A DNA stretch of 64,000 nucleotides from Vicinamibacteria bacterium (GTDB taxonomy: Bacteria; Acidobacteriota; Vicinamibacteria; Marinacidobacterales; Marinacidobacteraceae): positions 1,743,385 through 1,807,384 of the forward strand of contig OZ220470.1 of NCBI GenBank assembly GCA_965115855.1. The letters run 5' to 3'. Shown in pieces: positions 23,252-33,158 of this stretch (its first letter is position 1; each line of letters starts with the position of its first letter). The notes under the pieces were generated by a model. That model was given only the letters and a program-made list of their open reading frames with translations, was not told where the DNA came from and did no database searches. Made by a program: the position numbers and the translations under genes.

Positions 23252-23950
23252 CTACTTGGCGCCCACGAGGGCAGGGTTGACCCGCAGGCCGGGTCCCATC
23301 GAGGAACTCAGGGCCACCGAACGGATATAGCGGCCCTTGGCGGCAGCGGGGCGGGAACGCATCACCGCCGCCACGAAGGCGCGGGTATTCTCGGCGAGCC
23401 GTTCCTCCGGAAACGAGAGCTTGCCGATCGGGGCGTGCAGGTTGGAAGTCTTGTCCACCCGGAAGTTGACTTTTCCGGCCTTGATCTCCTGCACCACCTT
23501 TGCCACGTCGAAGGTGACGGTCCCCGACTTCGGACTCGGCATGAGCCCACGCGGGCCGAGAACCCGCCCCAACCGGCCAACCAGCCGCATCATGTCGGGC
23601 GTGGCGACCACCGCATCGAAGTCGAGAAAGCCCTCCTGGACACGCTGCACCAGTTCCTCGCCACCGGCGCATTCGGCGCCCGCCTCCTCTGCTTCCCGCA
23701 CCTTCTCCCCGGAGGCGATCACCATCACCCGCCGGGAAATCCCGAGTCCGTGGGGCAGCACGACCGTACCGCGCACCATCTGGTCGGCGTGCCGGGGATC
23801 CACTCCCATCCGCATGGCGATCTCGGCGGTCTCGTCGAATTTCGCATACGCGACCTTCTTGATGACCCCGAACGCCTCCTCGAGGCTCTCGGGAGCGGAC
23901 TCGTGCAACGCGCCCTTCGCCTCCCGGTACCGGTTTCCGATCCTTGCCAT
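23252..23950 (-). CDS. rplA: 50S ribosomal protein L1
   Basis: Start at MARIGNRYREAKGALHESAPESLEEAFGVIKKVAYAKFDETAEIAMRMGVDPRHADQMVRGTVVLPHGLG inside ORF 23252..24274 (start coordinate +/-1). Confidence 0.93.
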   Translation of the reverse strand: MARIGNRYREAKGALHESAPESLEEAFGVIKKVAYAKFDETAEIAMRMGVDPRHADQMVRGTVVLPHGLGISRRVMVIASGEKVREAEEAGAECAGGEELVQRVQEGFLDFDAVVATPDMMRLVGRLGRVLGPRGLMPSPKSGTVTFDVAKVVQEIKAGKVNFRVDKTSNLHAPIGKLSFPEERLAENTRAFVAAVMRSRPAAAKGRYIRSVALSSSMGPGLRVNPALVGAK

Positions 23951-23961
23951 GCCGTTGCCTC

Positions 23962-24396
23962 CTAGGCCTCCACCTCGATACCCATGCTGCGCGCGGTTCC
24001 TTCGACGATGCGGCGCGCCGCGGCGATGTCCACCGCGTTCAGATCCGGCATCTTCGTCCGGGCGATCTCCTCGACCTGGGCCGACGTGACCTTGCCGACC
24101 CGCATCCGATTCGGCTCCCCGGATCCCTTGGCAATTCCGGCGGCGCGCTTGAGCAGCACCGCGGCGGGCGGCGTCTTGATGACGAAGGAGAACGAGCGGT
24201 CGCGATATACGGTGACCACACAGGGGACGATCATCCCCTGGTCCCCCTGGGTCCTGGCGTTGAACGCCTTGCAAAAATCCATGATCGCAACGCCGTGCTG
24301 ACCGAGAGCGGGGCCCACCGGCGGCGACGGGGTCGCCTTGCCGCCGGCAAGCTGCAGCTTCACCTCGGCGAGTACCGGCTTCGTCTGCGTGGCCAT
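23962..24396 (-). CDS. rplK: 50S ribosomal protein L11
   Basis: 144 aa; ...[34 protein letters not shown]... classic L11. Confidence 0.97.
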   Translation of the reverse strand: MATQTKPVLAEVKLQLAGGKATPSPPVGPALGQHGVAIMDFCKAFNARTQGDQGMIVPCVVTVYRDRSFSFVIKTPPAAVLLKRAAGIAKGSGEPNRMRVGKVTSAQVEEIARTKMPDLNAVDIAAARRIVEGTARSMGIEVEA

Positions 24397-24422
24397 GTTG
24401 CGCTCCGTCCTTCCCCTGGTCG

Positions 24423-24950
24423 TCAGGTCTTTTCCACCTGGAGAAACTCGAGTTCCACCGGAGTGGAGCGCCCGAAGATCGTCACCATGACCTTCAGCGT
24501 GCTCCGTTCCGGCTGTACTTCGTCCACGGCCCCCTGGAACCCGTTGAAGGGCCCATCAATGATGCGGACGGAGTCACCCGCCTGGAAGGAATGCCGAACC
24601 TTGGGCGACTGGCCGGCGTCCTGCATCTGATCGCGAATCCGGGTCACATCCTCTTCCGGCATCGGCTGCGGCCGGTGCGGCGGGACAAAGCCCATGACCT
24701 TGTCGGTGTTCTTGACGACCTGCCAGGTCTCCGGGTTCAACTCCATGTTGACGAGGACATAACCCGGGTAGACCTGCCGGGTCTGCACCACGCGACGGCC
24801 TCCCTTCATTTCCACCACCTTCTCGGTCGGAATCAGGATCTCCCCGATCTTCCGTTCGAGACCGTACGCCTTGGCCCGATGCCGCAGGGCTTCCTTCACG
24901 TTCTCCTCGAACTTGGAATGGGTGGAAACGATGAACCATTCATGCGCCAT
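24423..24950 (-). CDS. nusG: Transcription termination/antitermination factor NusG
   Basis: Start [18 protein letters not shown] (atg at 24950) in ORF 24423..25313; KOW motif region ...[21 protein letters not shown]... Confidence 0.93.
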   Translation of the reverse strand: MAHEWFIVSTHSKFEENVKEALRHRAKAYGLERKIGEILIPTEKVVEMKGGRRVVQTRQVYPGYVLVNMELNPETWQVVKNTDKVMGFVPPHRPQPMPEEDVTRIRDQMQDAGQSPKVRHSFQAGDSVRIIDGPFNGFQGAVDEVQPERSTLKVMVTIFGRSTPVELEFLQVEKT

Positions 24951-24955
24951 GTCGC

Positions 24956-25168
24956 TCACCCGCCAATCAGGTCGGTGACAAAGGCGGAGATGTAGGACAT
25001 CGTCACATCCAGTCCGTAGAGATAGAAACCGAAAAAGAAGACGGTGATGAGGACGATGACGGTCGTACCCCGGACTTCGGCTCGGGTGGGCCAGGTCACC
25101 TTCTCCATCTCGCCGCGGACCTCGCCCAGGAACTCCCGGACGGCGGTGGCGCGTTCGCCCAGGCTCAC
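24956..25168 (-). CDS. secE: Preprotein translocase subunit SecE
   Basis: GTG start at 25168 preceded by GGGGAG; ...REFLGEVRGEMEKVTWPTRAEVRGTTVIVLITVFFFGFYLYGLD... single TM; longer ORF 24956..25237 has implausible N-extension. Confidence 0.85.
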   Translation of the reverse strand: MSLGERATAVREFLGEVRGEMEKVTWPTRAEVRGTTVIVLITVFFFGFYLYGLDVTMSYISAFVTDLIGG

Positions 25169-25210
25169 GGGCGCGCTCCCCCGTTTCGCGGCCGGCGCAC
25201 CGGCGGGTGG

Positions 25211-25283
25211 CAGGCCAGGAGGGGATCGAACCCCCAACCCCCGGTTTTGGAGACCGGTGCTCTGCCGATTGAGCTACTGGCCT
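25211..25283 (-). tRNA. trpT: tRNA-Trp (anticodon CCA); CCA end also encoded at 25208-25210
   Basis: Reverse complement folds as cloverleaf AGGCCAGTAGCTCAATCGGCAGAGCACCGGTCTCCAAAACCGG...GGTTCGATCCCC...; canonical location between secE and rpmG. Confidence 0.93.
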
Positions 25284-25340
25284 TCCCGCCCGCGAGCGAA
25301 AGGGTACGCCCACCCGGGAATACAGCGCGGCGCCGGATGC

Positions 25341-25505
25341 TCATCTGGACTCCCGGTGCGACACATGCTGCCGGCAGAACCGACAGTACTTGCGCAGTTC
25401 CATCCGCTCCGGATGGGTCGCCTTGTTCTTGGTGGTGGAATACGTGCGCCGCTTGCATGTGGTACAAGCGAGCGCGACGATCACCCGTTTCTTGTCACGG
25501 GCCAC
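25341..25505 (-). CDS. rpmG: 50S ribosomal protein L33
   Basis: Hand-translated 54 aa (below track size cutoff): (GTG)ARDKKRVIVALACTTCKRRTYSTTKNKATHPERMELRKYCRFCRQHVSHRESR; GAGGT RBS upstream. Confidence 0.9.
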   Translation of the reverse strand: MARDKKRVIVALACTTCKRRTYSTTKNKATHPERMELRKYCRFCRQHVSHRESR

Positions 25506-25585
25506 ATCCGCACCTCACCCGCCCCCGCGGAGAATAGGGTCGTGTCTTCACCATGGCTCACGCGCACCGCCCGGTCCGGCGGCGA

Positions 25586-26773
25586 CTATTCGAGGACCTC
25601 GCTGATCATCCCGGAGGCCACGGTGCGTCCGCCCTCGCGGATGGCGAAACGGAGGCCGCGATCCATGGCGATGGGAGTGATCAGTTCCACCTCGAGCTGC
25701 ACGTTGTCTCCCGGAATCGCGATCTCCTGGTCTCCCAGCAAGGTCGCGGTGCCGGTAACGTCGGTGGTCCGGAAATAGAACTGCGGGCGATACCCGCTGC
25801 GAAACGGCTTCTCCCGCCCCCCCTCCTTGCCGGAGAGGACATAGACCTCGGCCCGGAACTTCGTGTGCGGCGTGATGGAACCGGGCTTGGCCAGGACCAT
25901 GCCGCGCTCGACTTCCCGCCGGTCGGTGCCCCGCAGGAGAACGCCGACGTTGTCGCCAGCCTCACCCTCGTCGAGAAGCTTCTTGAACATTTCCACACCG
26001 GTGACGACGCGCTTGCGCGTTTCGCGAATGCCGACGATTTCGATGTCGTCGCCGACCTTCACCCGGCCGCGTTCGATCCGACCGGTGACCACCGTGCCAC
26101 GACCGGAAATCGAGAACACATCCTCGATGGGCATCAGGTAATCCTGCTCGATCGCCCGCTTCGGAATCGGCACGTACTCGTCGAGCGCCGTGGCGAGTTC
26201 CTTGATCGGCTCCCAGGCCTCCCCGCCGTCGGCGTTCAATGCCGCGAGGGCGCTTCCACGGATGACCGGGATGTCGTCGCCGGGAAAATCGTATTCGGAA
26301 AGCAGCTCGCGAACTTCAAGTTCGACCAGCTCGAGCAACTCCTCGTCGTCGAGCATGTCCACCTTGTTCAAGAAGACGACGATCCGGGGAACCCCGACCT
26401 GCCTGGCCAGCAGGATGTGCTCGCGGGTCTGCGCCTGGGGCCCGTCGGGCGCCGAAATGAGGAGCACCGAGCCGTCCATCTGAGCTGCGCCGGTAATCAT
26501 GTTCTTGATGTAGTCGGCGTGGCCCGGGCAGTCAACGTGGGCATAGTGCCGGTTGCCGGTCTCGTATTCGACGTGGGCGGTCGCGATCGTGATGCCGCGC
26601 TCGCGTTCCTCGGGCGCGTTGTCAATCGAATCGAAACTGCGGAACGAACCGCCGACATCGGCGGCCAGAACCTTGGTGATGGCCGCGGTCAGGGTCGTCT
26701 TGCCGTGATCCACATGGCCGATGGTCCCCACGTTGACATGGGGCTTGGTGCGTTCGAACTTCTCCTTCGCCAA
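25586..26773 (-). CDS. tuf: Elongation factor Tu
   Basis: 395 aa; [37 protein letters not shown]... Confidence 0.98.
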   Translation of the reverse strand: MAKEKFERTKPHVNVGTIGHVDHGKTTLTAAITKVLAADVGGSFRSFDSIDNAPEERERGITIATAHVEYETGNRHYAHVDCPGHADYIKNMITGAAQMDGSVLLISAPDGPQAQTREHILLARQVGVPRIVVFLNKVDMLDDEELLELVELEVRELLSEYDFPGDDIPVIRGSALAALNADGGEAWEPIKELATALDEYVPIPKRAIEQDYLMPIEDVFSISGRGTVVTGRIERGRVKVGDDIEIVGIRETRKRVVTGVEMFKKLLDEGEAGDNVGVLLRGTDRREVERGMVLAKPGSITPHTKFRAEVYVLSGKEGGREKPFRSGYRPQFYFRTTDVTGTATLLGDQEIAIPGDNVQLEVELITPIAMDRGLRFAIREGGRTVASGMISEVLE

Positions 26774-26849
26774 TTTGGATATCTCCTTGCGAATCAGGGA
26801 ATCGGGTGCTGTTGGAGTGTCCCTTGGGAGGGGACGGGGAGCAGGGTGG

Positions 26850-26921
<72 letters not shown>

Positions 26922-26987
26922 AGGAAAATCGGGAGCAGGAAAATCGGGTCCGGTCCGGCGCGCCGCCCGGCCAGCTCCGGGAGAGGG

Positions 26988-27060
26988 AGCGGGAGACGGG
27001 ACTTGAACCCGCAACCACCAGCTTGGAAGGCTGATGCTCTACCAATTGAGCTACTCCCGC
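26988..27060 (-). tRNA. tRNA-Gly (anticodon TCC)
   Basis: Rev-comp GCGGGAGTAGCTCAATTGGTAGAGCATCAGCCTTCCAAGCTGG...GGTTCAAGTCCCGTCTCCCGCT. Confidence 0.92.
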
Positions 27061-27177
27061 AGCCGAATGGGCAAGGGTCGGCAGAAATCTCGGATTCACT
27101 GCGGGTTGCGTCGGCTCGGCTTGCTGCTGGGGGCGAACATCGGGAAAATCCTCCTTCCGGGGTTCGGAAGGTGCGGG

Positions 27178-27260
27178 TGGAGCGGGGAGGATTCGAACCT
27201 CCGAAGGCAGGAGCCGTCAGGTTTACAGCCTGATGCGTTTGGCCGCTTCGCTACCGCTCC
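27178..27260 (-). tRNA. tRNA-Tyr (anticodon GTA), long variable arm
   Basis: Rev-comp GGAGCGGTAGCGAAGCGGCCAAACGCATCAGGCTGTAAACCTGACGGCTCCTGCCTTCGGAGGTTCGAATCCTCCCCGCTCCA. Confidence 0.9.
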
Positions 27261-27333
27261 CCCGGCAAGCCCGTTCCTCCGCCCGCAGTCAGAAGCAACT
27301 CCTTTGTGACCAAGACCGACCGCAACCGATCGG

Positions 27334-27407
27334 AGCTGGCGAAGGGACTCGAACCCTTGACCGACTGATTACAAATCAGTTGCTCTGCCTGTCTGAGCTA
27401 CGCCAGC
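27334..27407 (-). tRNA. tRNA-Thr (anticodon TGT)
   Basis: Rev-comp GCTGGCGTAGCTCAGACAGGCAGAGCAACTGATTTGTAATCAGTCGGTCAAGGGTTCGAGTCCCTTCGCCAGCT. Confidence 0.93.
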
Positions 27408-27427
27408 ATGCCACCGGCGAACGAGTG

Positions 27428-27458
27428 AGTATACACCCGCCGCACATTTCCTGTCAAC
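27428..27458 (-). promoter_or_regulatory. Near-consensus sigma70 promoter (TTGACA-18nt-TATACT) driving the tRNA(Thr-Tyr-Gly-Thr)-tuf operon
   Basis: Minus-strand TTGACAggaaatgtgcggcgggtgTATACT ends ~20 nt upstream of tRNA-Thr(UGU) 5' end. Confidence 0.8.
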
Positions 27459-28204
27459 AGGCAGTTCGGACCCGCGGGATGCGGCAATCGGCACGGCACG
27501 GGTGGAACGGGGAATTCCGGCGTGGGGGAGTGGGACGCTGGTTGCGGAGGAGAGCGGAAGGAGTCGATTCGGACCAGGGGTTCGCGAGCGGAAACCAGTC
27601 GGTCCGAGGGGTCGGTGTCCTCGCAGCAGTTCCGGCCCCCGGGGGCTTCGGGAAGCCGTTCGGCGCCCGACCCGACGAGTCGCTCGGCGATTCCCCGCAG
27701 CCGGCAACTTGCCGCATCACGTCCAGCGGTCTCCCCCCGCAACCGGCGCGGGCGAATCGACCCGACTCCGGACTCCCTTCCCGCACGCTCGCTCACGCCG
27801 CGTGTGCCGCTGCAGCCAACCCGCCCGCCAGAACCACCGCACCCCGCCCCCATCGGAATGATTCGCCGTGCCGGAGACACTGATGGCAACCATTCCGCCG
27901 CCCCCGGTCCAAACCTGCTTGTCATATCAAGAGTACGCAACACCAGCCGGATCAACAGGACCATGGTCGATGATTCCGACCAGGAGTACCCGGTCCGGGG
28001 CGCATCCACTCACGGCAAGCCGATTCGACGGCGGGAAGGCATGAGGGAAAGCGGAGGGCGAGACCTCCCGCGCCTTCCAGGCGCCACGGAAGTGAACGAA
28101 GTGAAATCAGCTGCGTACGGAGTCACGGATGGCAAGCCCGGACGCCACGATCATCGAATCCAGTCCGAAACCGGACCGGCAGGCGGGACGATCACTGCCG
28201 GTCC

Positions 28205-29023
28205 TCAGCATCCGTCTCCGGCGGCGTTGCGCAATCGTACGGACCCGGATTCGGGAGAACCGGAACGCGCCACGGACCGCTGGCGCACCACCTCGTAAAG
28301 CACGATCCCGGCGGCGACCGAGACATTCAGCGACCTCGCGGCGCCGAGCTGCGGCAGCGACAGGAGGGTGTCGCACTCCCCGGTTACCCCTGGGCGCAGA
28401 CCCCGGCCCTCCGAACCGACCACCAGGACCGCCGGCTGGGTCCAGTCGAACGCGTACCACGGAGTTCTCGCCTTCGGCGTCAGCCCGACAGCCCAGATCC
28501 CGGCGGCGCGGAAAGCCCGGAGCGCCATCGCGGCACCCGGCGCGCGGGCGAGGCGCATCCGGGCGATCGCCCCCGCCGAAGCCGAGATCGCGGCGGGCGA
28601 AGGAGGGGCGGCGCCCCGGCGCGGCGCCAGCACCGCGTCCACCCCGGCCCCGTCGGCGACCCGCACCAGGGCGCCGAAGTTGCGGGGATCCTCGACCCGG
28701 TCCAGCAACAGCAGCAGGGAGGGCGCCGGGTCGAGATCCAGCACCTCCCGCAGGCTCCACCACCGGATCGGGGAAACCTCGCATCCCGCGCCCTGGTGCC
28801 GGGTGCCGGCAGCCAGTTTCTCGAGCCGATCGTTTGAGACCCGCGCCAAGGGAACCCCGCGGGCCCGGGCGATCTTGAGCAGCGCCTCGTGGCGCCGCTC
28901 CAGCCGGCCGGTCCGCACCAGCACCCGACGCACCCGGGCGGGACTCGCCTGCAGGATTTCCTCCACCCGGGCAGGGCCGAACACCCAACTCGCGCCGGGT
29001 TCCGGGCGGCGATCGGAATTCAT
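28205..29023 (-). CDS. SpoU/TrmH-family RNA 2'-O-methyltransferase (RlmB-like)
   Basis: Start MNSDRRPEPGASWVFGPARVEEIL (atg 29023, ATGA overlap with ispDF stop); SpoU motifs ...VEDPRNFGALVRVADGAGVDAV... and ...LVVGSEGRGLRPGV...SLNVSVAAGIVLYE. Confidence 0.85.
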   Translation of the reverse strand: MNSDRRPEPGASWVFGPARVEEILQASPARVRRVLVRTGRLERRHEALLKIARARGVPLARVSNDRLEKLAAGTRHQGAGCEVSPIRWWSLREVLDLDPAPSLLLLLDRVEDPRNFGALVRVADGAGVDAVLAPRRGAAPPSPAAISASAGAIARMRLARAPGAAMALRAFRAAGIWAVGLTPKARTPWYAFDWTQPAVLVVGSEGRGLRPGVTGECDTLLSLPQLGAARSLNVSVAAGIVLYEVVRQRSVARSGSPESGSVRLRNAAGDGC

Positions 29024-30225
29024 GCCGCAACCAAAGGATCCAGTCGCGCGACCGCATGGGCCACAAGCCCTTCGCTGCGACCCGTAAAACCCATCCGGTC
29101 GGTCGTGGTCGCCTTGATCCCGATCGCATCCGGCGGGATTCCAAGAAGCGCACCAAGTCGGTTCCGAATCTCCAGCGCCCGCGGAGCGAGGCGCGGTCGT
29201 TCCGCAATTACCGTCAGATCCACCTGACCCAGACGGTAGCCGGCCGCTTCCGCGATCTCCAGCGCGCGCTTCACAAACCGGTCGCTTGCCGCGCCGCGAA
29301 GCGACACATCCGAAGAGGGGAAAAGGCTGCCGATGTCCCCGGCGGCCACCGCTCCCAGAATTGCGTCGGTGAGGGCGTGCAGCAACGCGTCGCCATCCGA
29401 GTGGCCCACCAGCGGGGGTTCGCCGGGAAAGACGATCCCGCCGAGCACGAGCGGGCCGGCTTCGGCGGGCCCGGCGAACCGGTGGGCGTCGAAACCGAAC
29501 CCGATGCGCGGCAGGGACGGGGACGCTCCGAACCGGTGGCGCACCATCTCCAGATCCCCGGGTGTCGTGACCTTCAGGTTGACCGGGCTGCCTTCCACGA
29601 CGGCGACCGGATGTCCGGACCGCCGAACCAGGGTGGCTTCGTCGCTCCCGCCGAAACCGTCGCGCCGCGCGCCGGCGAGGGCCGGCAGCAGGACGTCCGG
29701 GCGAAAGCACTGCGGAGTCTGTGCCGCCGCAACGCACGCGCGGTCCACCACCTCCACGACCTCGCCGCGGCGCGTCCGCCACAGGGTGTCCGCCGGGCGC
29801 ACCGCCGGGATGGCCGCCCCCCGGACGACCGCTTCCCCGAGAACCCGCCGGATCAGTTCAGGACCGACCCCGGGCCGGGCGGCGTCGTGGACTGCCAGCA
29901 CGTCGAAGTCTCCGCCGAGGGCTTCGAGACCGAGGTGCACCGATTCCTGCCGGGTGCCGCCGCCGGGCACGCCGCGCACCGACGGCCCCTCTTCGGCGAG
30001 GAAGGGAGTGACGTGGGCGTTCCAATGGGCAAACCGTTCGCCGGGAAGTGCGACCACCACTTCCCGGACCTCCGCCAGATCGCGGAATGCCCGGATCGCA
30101 TGAACCACGACCGGAATTCCGGCGAGCGGCAGGAACTGCTTGGGGGTCTCCCGGCCGAACCGGGTCCCCGCTCCCGCCGCAACAATTACGGCGCCGACCC
30201 GAAGCGCCCCGGTCCGAACGCTCAC
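29020..30225 (-). CDS. ispDF: Bifunctional 2-C-methyl-D-erythritol 4-phosphate cytidylyltransferase / 2-C-methyl-D-erythritol 2,4-cyclodiphosphate synthase (IspDF)
   Basis: GTG start at 30225 (GTGA overlap with radA stop); IspD motif ...AVIVAAGAGTRFG...; IspF motif ...IGFGFDAHRF...GHSDGDALLHALTDAILGA... Confidence 0.88.
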   Translation of the reverse strand: MSVRTGALRVGAVIVAAGAGTRFGRETPKQFLPLAGIPVVVHAIRAFRDLAEVREVVVALPGERFAHWNAHVTPFLAEEGPSVRGVPGGGTRQESVHLGLEALGGDFDVLAVHDAARPGVGPELIRRVLGEAVVRGAAIPAVRPADTLWRTRRGEVVEVVDRACVAAAQTPQCFRPDVLLPALAGARRDGFGGSDEATLVRRSGHPVAVVEGSPVNLKVTTPGDLEMVRHRFGASPSLPRIGFGFDAHRFAGPAEAGPLVLGGIVFPGEPPLVGHSDGDALLHALTDAILGAVAAGDIGSLFPSSDVSLRGAASDRFVKRALEIAEAAGYRLGQVDLTVIAERPRLAPRALEIRNRLGALLGIPPDAIGIKATTTDRMGFTGRSEGLVAHAVARLDPLVAA

Positions 30226-31601
30226 AGAACCTGATCGAGGGCCTGTCCCAGCGCCTTGACGGGCGTCACCGCCATCCGATCCGGGATTTCGGATGCGCGC
30301 AGGTTGGCCGAATTCATGACGGCCCGCGAGAAACCGAGCCGGCGGGCTTCCCGCAGCCGGGAAGCCGGCTGCGGAACCGGGCGGACCTCCCCGGAGAGGC
30401 CCACCTCGCCGAGCAGCACGGTAAGGGGGGGCAGCGCCGTCCCTTGCCGCCGGGACACCACCGCCGCCAGCAACCCCAGATCCGCAGCCGGCTCGGTCAC
30501 CGCGAGCCCGCCGGTAACCGATACATACACGTCCAGCCGGGCCAGCCCCCCACCCGTCCCGACCGCGTTCTCGAGCACCGCGAGCAACACCGCAAGTCGT
30601 CCGGATTCGAACCCGACCGTCACCCGACGGGGATAGGCGAGCGGACTCTCGGCAAGGAGCGCCTGGATCTCGGCGAGCAGCGGCCGGGTGCCCTCCATGG
30701 TGCACACCACCGCCGACCCCGGGTGCGCCGTCTCTCCCTCGGGAAGAAAGAGGCGCGAGGGATTCTCGACCGCAACCAGCCCCCGATCGGTCATGTCGAA
30801 CACTCCGAGCTCGCCAGCGGCCCCGAAACGATTCTTGATCGAACGCAGCAGCCGGTGCGGCTGCCGCCGATCCCCCTCGAAGTGCACCACCGTGTCCACC
30901 AGGTGTTCGAGTGTCCGCGGACCGGCAAGCGCTCCCTCCTTGTTCACGTGACCAACCAGGAAGACCGGCGCCCCGTGCGTCTTGGCGAACAGGACCAGGG
31001 CAGCTGCCGATTCACGGACCTGGGTCACGGTGCCGGGAGCGCTCTCGAGATTCGGCTGGAAGACACACTGGATGGAATCCAGAACGACCAGCGCGGGCGC
31101 GACACGGCGGAGCGCGTCGAGGATCGGACCCATGTCGGTCTCGGAAAACAGCAGCAGGGAGCGGGGATGCATCCCGAGCCGCTCGCCGCGAAGCTTCAAT
31201 TGATGCTCCGACTCCTCGCCGCTGACATAGAGCACCGGGTCGCCGTTCCCGGCCGCGGCAGCGGCGAGCTGCAGCAGCAGCGTGCTCTTTCCGGCACCCG
31301 GCTCTCCCGCCACCAGTACGGCCGATCCCGGCACGACCCCTCCTCCGAGAACCCGGTCCAGTTCGGGAATGCCGGACGACCGACGAGGTCGTTCCACCGT
31401 GTCCACATCGTCCCATGCCACCGGGGCCGCATGTTCCGCCGCCCCGCGAAACGCTCTCCACCCTCCCGTCGCATCCACCGGGGGAGCCGCTTCCTCCACC
31501 AGGGGTTCGGCGTTCCGGCACGCCGGACAGTACCCCATCCAGCGGGTCTGTTCCTGGCCGCATTCCTTGCAAACGAACCGGGCCCGAACCTTCCTGGCCA
31601 C
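30222..31601 (-). CDS. radA: DNA repair protein RadA/Sms
   Basis: 459 aa; N-terminal zinc finger CKECGQEQTRWMGYCPACRN; Walker A GEPGAGKST; Lon-protease-like C-terminal domain. Confidence 0.95.
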   Translation of the reverse strand: MARKVRARFVCKECGQEQTRWMGYCPACRNAEPLVEEAAPPVDATGGWRAFRGAAEHAAPVAWDDVDTVERPRRSSGIPELDRVLGGGVVPGSAVLVAGEPGAGKSTLLLQLAAAAAGNGDPVLYVSGEESEHQLKLRGERLGMHPRSLLLFSETDMGPILDALRRVAPALVVLDSIQCVFQPNLESAPGTVTQVRESAAALVLFAKTHGAPVFLVGHVNKEGALAGPRTLEHLVDTVVHFEGDRRQPHRLLRSIKNRFGAAGELGVFDMTDRGLVAVENPSRLFLPEGETAHPGSAVVCTMEGTRPLLAEIQALLAESPLAYPRRVTVGFESGRLAVLLAVLENAVGTGGGLARLDVYVSVTGGLAVTEPAADLGLLAAVVSRRQGTALPPLTVLLGEVGLSGEVRPVPQPASRLREARRLGFSRAVMNSANLRASEIPDRMAVTPVKALGQALDQVL

Positions 31602-31604
31602 GAA

Positions 31605-33149
31605 TCAGAAGTCGGGTTCGGGGTCCGACGTGAAGTCGTCCTGCTCGAAATCCACATCCAGCGAATCGAAGGGATCCACGCGGTCGGGACCACTGTCGGC
31701 GTCCCGCCGGTCAATCGGCGCGAAGAGGGTGAACTTGTCCAGCCAGGCAAGCTCGACGACCCCGGTGGGACCGTTTCGGTTCTTCGCCACGATCACCTGC
31801 CGGGTGGGGGGGCCCGGCGCCTCTCCGGAGGCGGAATCGGCATCCGCCGACTCGTCCTCCGGTCGGCCCGCCCGCCGTCCCGCCGGCCGATGGAGCAGCA
31901 GGACAACATCCGCGTCCTGTTCAAGTGCTCCCGACTCCCGGAGATGCGAGAGTTGCGGTGGCGCAAACTGGCCGGCCTGATCCTTCGCCCGATTCAGCTG
32001 CGAGAGGGCGAGAACCGGAGTGTCCAGCTCCCGCGCCAGCAACTTCAGGGCCCGGCTGATGGAAGCGATCTCGAGCGTCCGGTTCTCGAACCGCCTCGTA
32101 CCGGGTTCGGCGCCGCTCATGAGCTGCAGGTAATCGACCACGATCAGGTCGAGGCCACCCTCTTCCCGGCCAAGCTGGCGCGACTTGGAGCGGAGTTCCA
32201 CCGGGGTCACGTTGGAGTCGTCCACGAATACCTTCATGTTGCGGACTCTCCGCGCCGCCGCCCGCACCTTGTGGACGTCGTCGTCCCTCATCCGCCCGCG
32301 CTGCTGGAGCTGCTTCGCGTCCACCTGCGCCTCGGAGAACAGCAGGCGGACCGCGATCTGCCGCAAGGGCATCTCGAGACTGAAGATCAGGACTCGGCGT
32401 CCGGCCAGGCCGGCGGAGAGAGCCATGTTGAGGGCAAGGCTCGTCTTTCCCTCGCCGGGCCGCGCCCCCACCAGCACCAGATCCGACTTGCGCAGTCCGC
32501 CGGTGATTTCGTCGAGTTCCCGGAAACCGGTGGAGATCCCGCCCATCTCCCGGCGTTCCTCGCCAGCGGCCTGCTCGAGCGCCCGGACCTCTTCGGCGAT
32601 GGTGACCGGCGGAGAGGCGTGGGATCCCTCGGCAATGGCGAACAGCTCGGTTTCGGCAGTCTCCAGGACCGCAGCCGGCGGTCGCTTCCTCGCTTCCTCC
32701 CCGACCTTCGCCGCGAAGTGGAGCAACCGCCGGCGGATGGCATGTTCGCGGACCACCTCGGCGTACCCGGCAGCGTTCGAGGAGATCGGAACCCCGGCGG
32801 TAATGTCCACCAGGTAGGGCTCTCCGCCGATCGCCTCGAGCTGTCCGGTCTGCTCCAGATGGGCGCCTACCGTGACCAGATCGATCGCAGTCCCCGGACC
32901 ATCGGCGTCCAGCGCGCAGATCGCGCGGAAGACGCGCCGGTTGCGTTCGTCAAGGAAATCGGCGCCGTTGCTGCGAAGCCGCTGGAGGACGCTGTCAAGC
33001 TGGCGCGGATCCACCAGGACCGCGGCCAGCACCGCCCGCTCGGCCGCCGGTGCACCGAGCGGAGCGTCTCCTTCGCTTCCCTCGGGCGACGGATTCGCGG
33101 CGGACGCCGGGCCGCCGCGCCCGCGCCGGGATCCGTCGCGCGCCGTCAT
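31605..33149 (-). CDS. dnaB: Replicative DNA helicase DnaB
   Basis: 514 aa; Walker A ...GARPGEGKTSLALNMAL...; DnaB N- and C-domain similarity. Confidence 0.93.
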   Translation of the reverse strand: MTARDGSRRGRGGPASAANPSPEGSEGDAPLGAPAAERAVLAAVLVDPRQLDSVLQRLRSNGADFLDERNRRVFRAICALDADGPGTAIDLVTVGAHLEQTGQLEAIGGEPYLVDITAGVPISSNAAGYAEVVREHAIRRRLLHFAAKVGEEARKRPPAAVLETAETELFAIAEGSHASPPVTIAEEVRALEQAAGEERREMGGISTGFRELDEITGGLRKSDLVLVGARPGEGKTSLALNMALSAGLAGRRVLIFSLEMPLRQIAVRLLFSEAQVDAKQLQQRGRMRDDDVHKVRAAARRVRNMKVFVDDSNVTPVELRSKSRQLGREEGGLDLIVVDYLQLMSGAEPGTRRFENRTLEIASISRALKLLARELDTPVLALSQLNRAKDQAGQFAPPQLSHLRESGALEQDADVVLLLHRPAGRRAGRPEDESADADSASGEAPGPPTRQVIVAKNRNGPTGVVELAWLDKFTLFAPIDRRDADSGPDRVDPFDSLDVDFEQDDFTSDPEPDF

Positions 33150-33158
33150 GCGCGGGGA

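Noticed and set aside
24956-25237. 93-aa SecE ORF as given in the track
   Set aside because: The N-terminal 23 aa (MGVRSPPGLPPAGAPAAKRGSAP) is atypical. An internal GTG at 25168 with a GGGGAG RBS gives a canonical ~70-aa SecE, so the shorter gene was preferred.
27459-28204. Possible RNase P RNA, tmRNA or 6S RNA in the gene-free region
   Set aside because: I looked for hallmark elements (GGAAAGUCCGG and ACAGAACCCGGCUUA for RNase P; a tRNA-like GGUUCGAAUCC 3' end for tmRNA) and found none. Left as an open candidate only.
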